From the NCBI GenBank assembly GCA_041581495.1, contig JBFIDC010000001.1:1-38941 (forward strand): a stretch of 38,941 bases of DNA, written 5' to 3'. Under the pieces are notes generated by a model, which saw only the letters and a list, made by a program, of their open reading frames with translations, searched no databases and was not told the DNA's origin. Positions 35,315-38,941 of the stretch are shown here, one piece after another (positions within the stretch are counted from its first letter, which is position 1; each line of letters starts with the position of its first letter). The position numbers were made by a program, and so were the translations under genes. The stretch is from Nocardioides sp. (GTDB taxonomy: Bacteria; Actinomycetota; Actinomycetes; Propionibacteriales; Nocardioidaceae).

Positions 35315-37465
35315 GTGGCCCGACAAGGCCAGCGTCGTTCCGGGGGAAACCGGACGTCCCAGCGCACTCGACGTGCGCGCGACCTCGACAACGAGGGGAT
35401 CATCCCGGTCTTGGCGCGCGCAGTGCGCGAGGTCGAGAACGGTGTCGCCCGCGGTGATGTTCGTCGTTCACTGCGCACGAAGTTCCAGGTCGTGGCGTTG
35501 TTGGTGCGCGAGGAGCGCGCGCGGGTCAAGGCCGACGAGTCCGCCTCGGAGTCTCACAAGGCCGAGCAACTGAAACGACTCGACGGAGTCGCCACGATCC
35601 TGGCCAAGACCGCCGCGCGGGACCCCTCCCTGCTTTCGCTGCTCGCCGAGGACGCCGACATCTCCGAGGCGGCCAAGGACCTCATCCGCGAGATGCTCAC
35701 CGCCGCCGGCGCGGAGGTTCCCGAGGAGGCCGAGCCCGAGGTGGTCGAGGATGCGGCCGCGTCGGTCGCCGCCAAACGTGTCGTGCCGTTGTCGGTGAAG
35801 CAACGTCAACTCGCCAACCCGTTCCTCGCTCCCGACTTCTCCGCCGCGCCCGCCCGCTCGGCCGAACCCCGTCGTCTTGCGACCTGGGAGCTGATCGGTC
35901 CACTGCTCAGCTCCTTCGAGCGGGCCTCATCTGGGGCAGTCAGTTGCATGACCTTGCCCGAGGCCGGTTCCCTCAACGCCCCCGGCGAGCACAAGCTCAT
36001 GCCGCACCAGGCGCAGGTGGTCGCGGCCGCCGCCAACGGTCACCGCACGTTCCTGCTCGCCGACGAGCCCGGACTGGGCAAGACCGCGCAGGCGCTCCTG
36101 GCCGCCCAGGCCGCCAACGCCTTCCCGCTCCTGGTTGTGGTCCCCAACGTGGTCAAGGCCAACTGGGCTCGCGAGGCAGGGCTCTGGACGCCGCATCGCG
36201 CCGTCACGGTCATCCACGGTGACGGCCAGGAGATCGACGCCTTCGCCGACATCGTCGTCGTCAACTACGAGATCCTGGACCGCCACGTCGGCTGGCTCGG
36301 TGACCTCGGGTTCCGCGGGATGGCCGTCGATGAGGCGCACTTCATCAAGAACAAGTCCTCCCAGCGGTCCCAGAACGTGTTGGCGCTCTCGGAGCGACTC
36401 CGGACCCGGACCGCCCGGCCTCTGCTCATGGCGTTGACCGGTACCCCCTTGATCAACGACATCGAGGACTTCCGCGCGATCTGGCAGTTCCTGGGCTGGA
36501 TCGATGACAAGAAGCCGCTGGGTGACCTGATGGTGGCGCTCGAGGAGTCCGGCCTCACCCCCGCCGACCCGGCCTTCTATGGCGCCGCGCGCCAGGCCGT
36601 CATCGAGATGGGCATCGTTCGTCGCCGCAAGATCGACGTCGCCAAGGACATCCCGGCCCGCCGCGTGGCCGACCTCCCGGTCGAACTCGAGGATGCCGCC
36701 GGTCGTTCGATCCGCGAGGCTGAGCGCGAGCTCGCCCGCCGCCTGGTCTTGCGCTACCAACGCGCGCTCGAGACCCGCACGTCCGGCCCGAGTGTGACCG
36801 GCGACGACGGCATCGACCACGAACTCGTGCGCCGGGTGGCGACGTGGGAACGCGACGACACCACCACCTCGAAGTCCGAAGAGAACGTGTTCTCGATGAT
36901 GCGCCGCATCGGTCAGGCCAAGGCGGGGCTCGCCGCCGACTACGCCGCCCAGTTGGCGCGCAATGTCGGCAAGGTCGTCTTCTTCGCCAAGCACGTCGAC
37001 GTCATGGACACCGCCGAGGAGACCTTCGAGCAGCGTGGACTGCGCTACTCCACGATCCGCGGGAACCAGAGCCGCACCGCCCGCGAGGCGAGCATCGAGG
37101 CGTTCCAGAACGACCCGGATGTGCAGGTGATCGTCTGCTCGCTCACGGCCGCCGGTGTCGGGGTCAACCTCCAGGTCGCCTCCAACGTGGTGCTGGCCGA
37201 GCTGTCCTGGACCGACGCGGAGCAGACGCAGGCCATCGACCGGGTCCACCGGATCGGTCAGGCCGAGCCGGTCACCGCGTGGCGGATCATCGCCTCGCAG
37301 ACCCTGGACACCAAGATCGCGGAGTTGATCGACAGCAAGGCCGGTCTGGCCGCTCGTGCCCTCGACGGCTCGGACGAAGAGATCTCCTCGTCGGTCGACG
37401 TCCAACTCGAGGCACTGGTGGCACTGCTGACCGAGGCGCTCACCGAACTGAACTCCGGAGTCTGA
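35315..37465 (+). CDS. SNF2-type (DEAH-box) helicase
   Basis: LADEPGLGKT, DEAH, LTGTP, AGVGVNL and QAIDRVHRIGQ motifs. GTG at 35315 follows AAGGAGGAG. Confidence 0.92.
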   Translation: MARQGQRRSGGNRTSQRTRRARDLDNEGIIPVLARAVREVENGVARGDVRRSLRTKFQVVALLVREERARVKADESASESHKAEQLKRLDGVATILAKTAARDPSLLSLLAEDADISEAAKDLIREMLTAAGAEVPEEAEPEVVEDAAASVAAKRVVPLSVKQRQLANPFLAPDFSAAPARSAEPRRLATWELIGPLLSSFERASSGAVSCMTLPEAGSLNAPGEHKLMPHQAQVVAAAANGHRTFLLADEPGLGKTAQALLAAQAANAFPLLVVVPNVVKANWAREAGLWTPHRAVTVIHGDGQEIDAFADIVVVNYEILDRHVGWLGDLGFRGMAVDEAHFIKNKSSQRSQNVLALSERLRTRTARPLLMALTGTPLINDIEDFRAIWQFLGWIDDKKPLGDLMVALEESGLTPADPAFYGAARQAVIEMGIVRRRKIDVAKDIPARRVADLPVELEDAAGRSIREAERELARRLVLRYQRALETRTSGPSVTGDDGIDHELVRRVATWERDDTTTSKSEENVFSMMRRIGQAKAGLAADYAAQLARNVGKVVFFAKHVDVMDTAEETFEQRGLRYSTIRGNQSRTAREASIEAFQNDPDVQVIVCSLTAAGVGVNLQVASNVVLAELSWTDAEQTQAIDRVHRIGQAEPVTAWRIIASQTLDTKIAELIDSKAGLAARALDGSDEEISSSVDVQLEALVALLTEALTELNSGV

Positions 37466-37660
37466 GCCCACGCAGGGTCAGAAGCGGACTAGGCCGGTCG
37501 CTGCGAGAGCGTCATTGTTGCCCGCGTCACCGTGACCGCGCGATGCCTCGCGCGTTGATTGGGTATCGGGTTGACGCGCGTGCCGTTTCGACGGGACCAC
37601 TCAGCCTGAGTCCACGGGGAGAAGCAGAGGTGGACGAACCACGGTTTGGAGGGGATTGCG

Positions 37661-38476
37661 ATGCGAAAAGCATGGCGAAGCGCGCGAAGTCATCGTGCCG
37701 GGCGGCATCTGTTGCGCTTCCGTCCCCTCGCGCCCATCGTCGCGGTCATCCTGGTTCTGGCGAGTGCCACCGCCACCGCCGAGGCGCCGACTCCCGACGT
37801 GCTCTACGGCAAACTCAAGGCTCAGGACGTCCGCCTGTCCATCCCGGGCACCGAGGACCCCAAGGGTGTGGCGATCTGGTTCCACGGGCAGACCGGCGGC
37901 GTCGACAACCGGATGGATGATCCCTGGCTCCAGGGGTTGGTCCGTGACGGTTGGATCGTGGCGTCCTCCGACTTCCACACCCACGCCTGGGGCAACGCGA
38001 AGTCGACCGAAGACACCGCGCTCTTGATCGAGTGGGCCGAGGAACAGACGGGGCAACCGGTCCGCCTGTTCGTTTCAGGGTCGATGGGAGCGACCGTCTC
38101 GCTCAACGCCATGACCCACGGAGTGAAGGCTCCGCCGTGCTGGTACGGCGTGAAGTCCGCCGTCGACCCGACCAAGATGGACCTGGTGCCTGGCGCCAAG
38201 AGGTTCATCCGCGAGGCCTACAAGGGCGAACCGGTCCCCGCCGACCGCAACCCGGCCCTGAACGCCGACAAGTTCCCGTCCGACACCGACTATCGCTTCG
38301 TGGCGTCCCGAGAAGACCCGATCGTGCGGTTCCAGGAGAACACCGGGTTGCTCTATGACAACCTCGCCGCCCGTGGAGCGGATGTCTCGCTGCTGGAGGT
38401 CATCGGCGCACACGATGACGCCTCCCACTTCAACGTTGCCGACCTGGTCAGGTTCGCCCGCACCTGTGCCGGTTGA
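37661..38476 (+). CDS. Secreted alpha/beta-hydrolase-fold protein
   Basis: Signal-peptide-like N-terminus ending ATA, FHG, SGSMG nucleophile elbow, EDPIV and a C-terminal His; GGAGG RBS. Confidence 0.75.
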   Translation: MRKAWRSARSHRAGRHLLRFRPLAPIVAVILVLASATATAEAPTPDVLYGKLKAQDVRLSIPGTEDPKGVAIWFHGQTGGVDNRMDDPWLQGLVRDGWIVASSDFHTHAWGNAKSTEDTALLIEWAEEQTGQPVRLFVSGSMGATVSLNAMTHGVKAPPCWYGVKSAVDPTKMDLVPGAKRFIREAYKGEPVPADRNPALNADKFPSDTDYRFVASREDPIVRFQENTGLLYDNLAARGADVSLLEVIGAHDDASHFNVADLVRFARTCAG

Positions 38477-38498
38477 GCATCCGCCGTGCGGTGTTCGC

Positions 38499-38909
38499 TC
38501 AGCCCAGCAGAGACGCTGAGCACAAGATCCGTTCGACGCTGACCCTGATCGCCACCCGCGCGGGGTTCACTCGCGGCTGCCGGTAGCGGGCGGCGTACCG
38601 CTCCACGGCACGAGCAACGTCGAGGGGATCCTCGGTGACGAGGCCGGTGCCCTCGATGGTGGCCCAGCGCGCACCGTCGACCTGGCAGATCGCCACCGGT
38701 CCTCGGGTGCGGAGGTGACCCGCCTTGGCCGAGGAACCGTTGGTGATGATCCAGGCGCACCGCTGCTCGAGGTCCAGGGGTGCTCCGACAGGGACCACGT
38801 GTGGCCGGCCGTCGGCGCGCAGCGTGGTCAGCGTGCACAGGTGCCGCTCGGCCCAGAACGAGGCCAGGGGCTCGGGAAGTGCCTCCCAGCCCGGACGCCA
38901 CGAGGTCAT
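38499..38909 (-). CDS. PPOX-class (pyridoxamine 5'-phosphate oxidase-like), probably F420-binding protein
   Basis: LTTLRADGRPHVVPV, S.KA..L, WATIEG and NP.RVAI motifs. Confidence 0.85.
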   Translation of the reverse strand: MTSWRPGWEALPEPLASFWAERHLCTLTTLRADGRPHVVPVGAPLDLEQRCAWIITNGSSAKAGHLRTRGPVAICQVDGARWATIEGTGLVTEDPLDVARAVERYAARYRQPRVNPARVAIRVSVERILCSASLLG

Positions 38910-38941
38910 CGGTTCATATCCATCGGGAGAACCAGATGCGG

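Noticed and set aside
35315-37465. Helicase as part of an anti-phage defence system
   Set aside because: No methylase, nuclease or other defence partner is adjacent; it looks like a standalone actinobacterial SNF2-type gene.
35927-37471. 514-aa minus-strand ORF, and similar ones at 26862-28298, 13026-14153, 19867-21030 and 21059-22306
   Set aside because: Antisense shadows of well-supported genes.
37523-37580. Short inverted repeats (CGCGTCA/TGACGCG, CGCGCGA/TCGCGCG) after the helicase
   Set aside because: Low-complexity GC stems; at most a weak terminator.
1-38941. CRISPR arrays, tRNA/rRNA genes, transposases or integrases
   Set aside because: None were recognised on reading.

Overview
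High-GC actinobacterial DNA, with Nocardioides-like gene content (inference). About 1-33194 is a catabolic gene cluster. It encodes a sulfotransferase (cut by the window edge), SDRs, an F420-type LLM oxidoreductase, a sugar-type ABC importer with an ATPase-permease fusion, an MBL-fold lactonase plus FmdB-like protein, a Zn-alcohol dehydrogenase, an aldehyde dehydrogenase, two CoA ligases, a Cys-less thiolase/DUF35 pair, a split transketolase plus glycerol-dehydrogenase-like enzyme, and a Baeyer-Villiger monooxygenase followed by an ACAD10/11 (Lva)-like kinase/dehydrogenase beta-oxidation block. Two tandem paralogous GAF-AAA-Fis activators lacking GAFTGA sit in the middle. The strongest hidden signal is a 17-bp imperfect palindrome (approx. 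TGTCNCA-N3-TGGGACA) found at eight promoters across about 26 kb. Seven copies lie exactly 22 nt upstream of a sigma70-type -10 hexamer, which suggests a single sigma54-independent regulon. A DUF222/HNH gene with its own SOS box and PafBC-like promoter interrupts the cluster. The right end holds a TetR/membrane protein pair, an SNF2-type helicase, a secreted hydrolase and a PPOX-class protein. All protein calls come from motifs read by eye; no database search was run.
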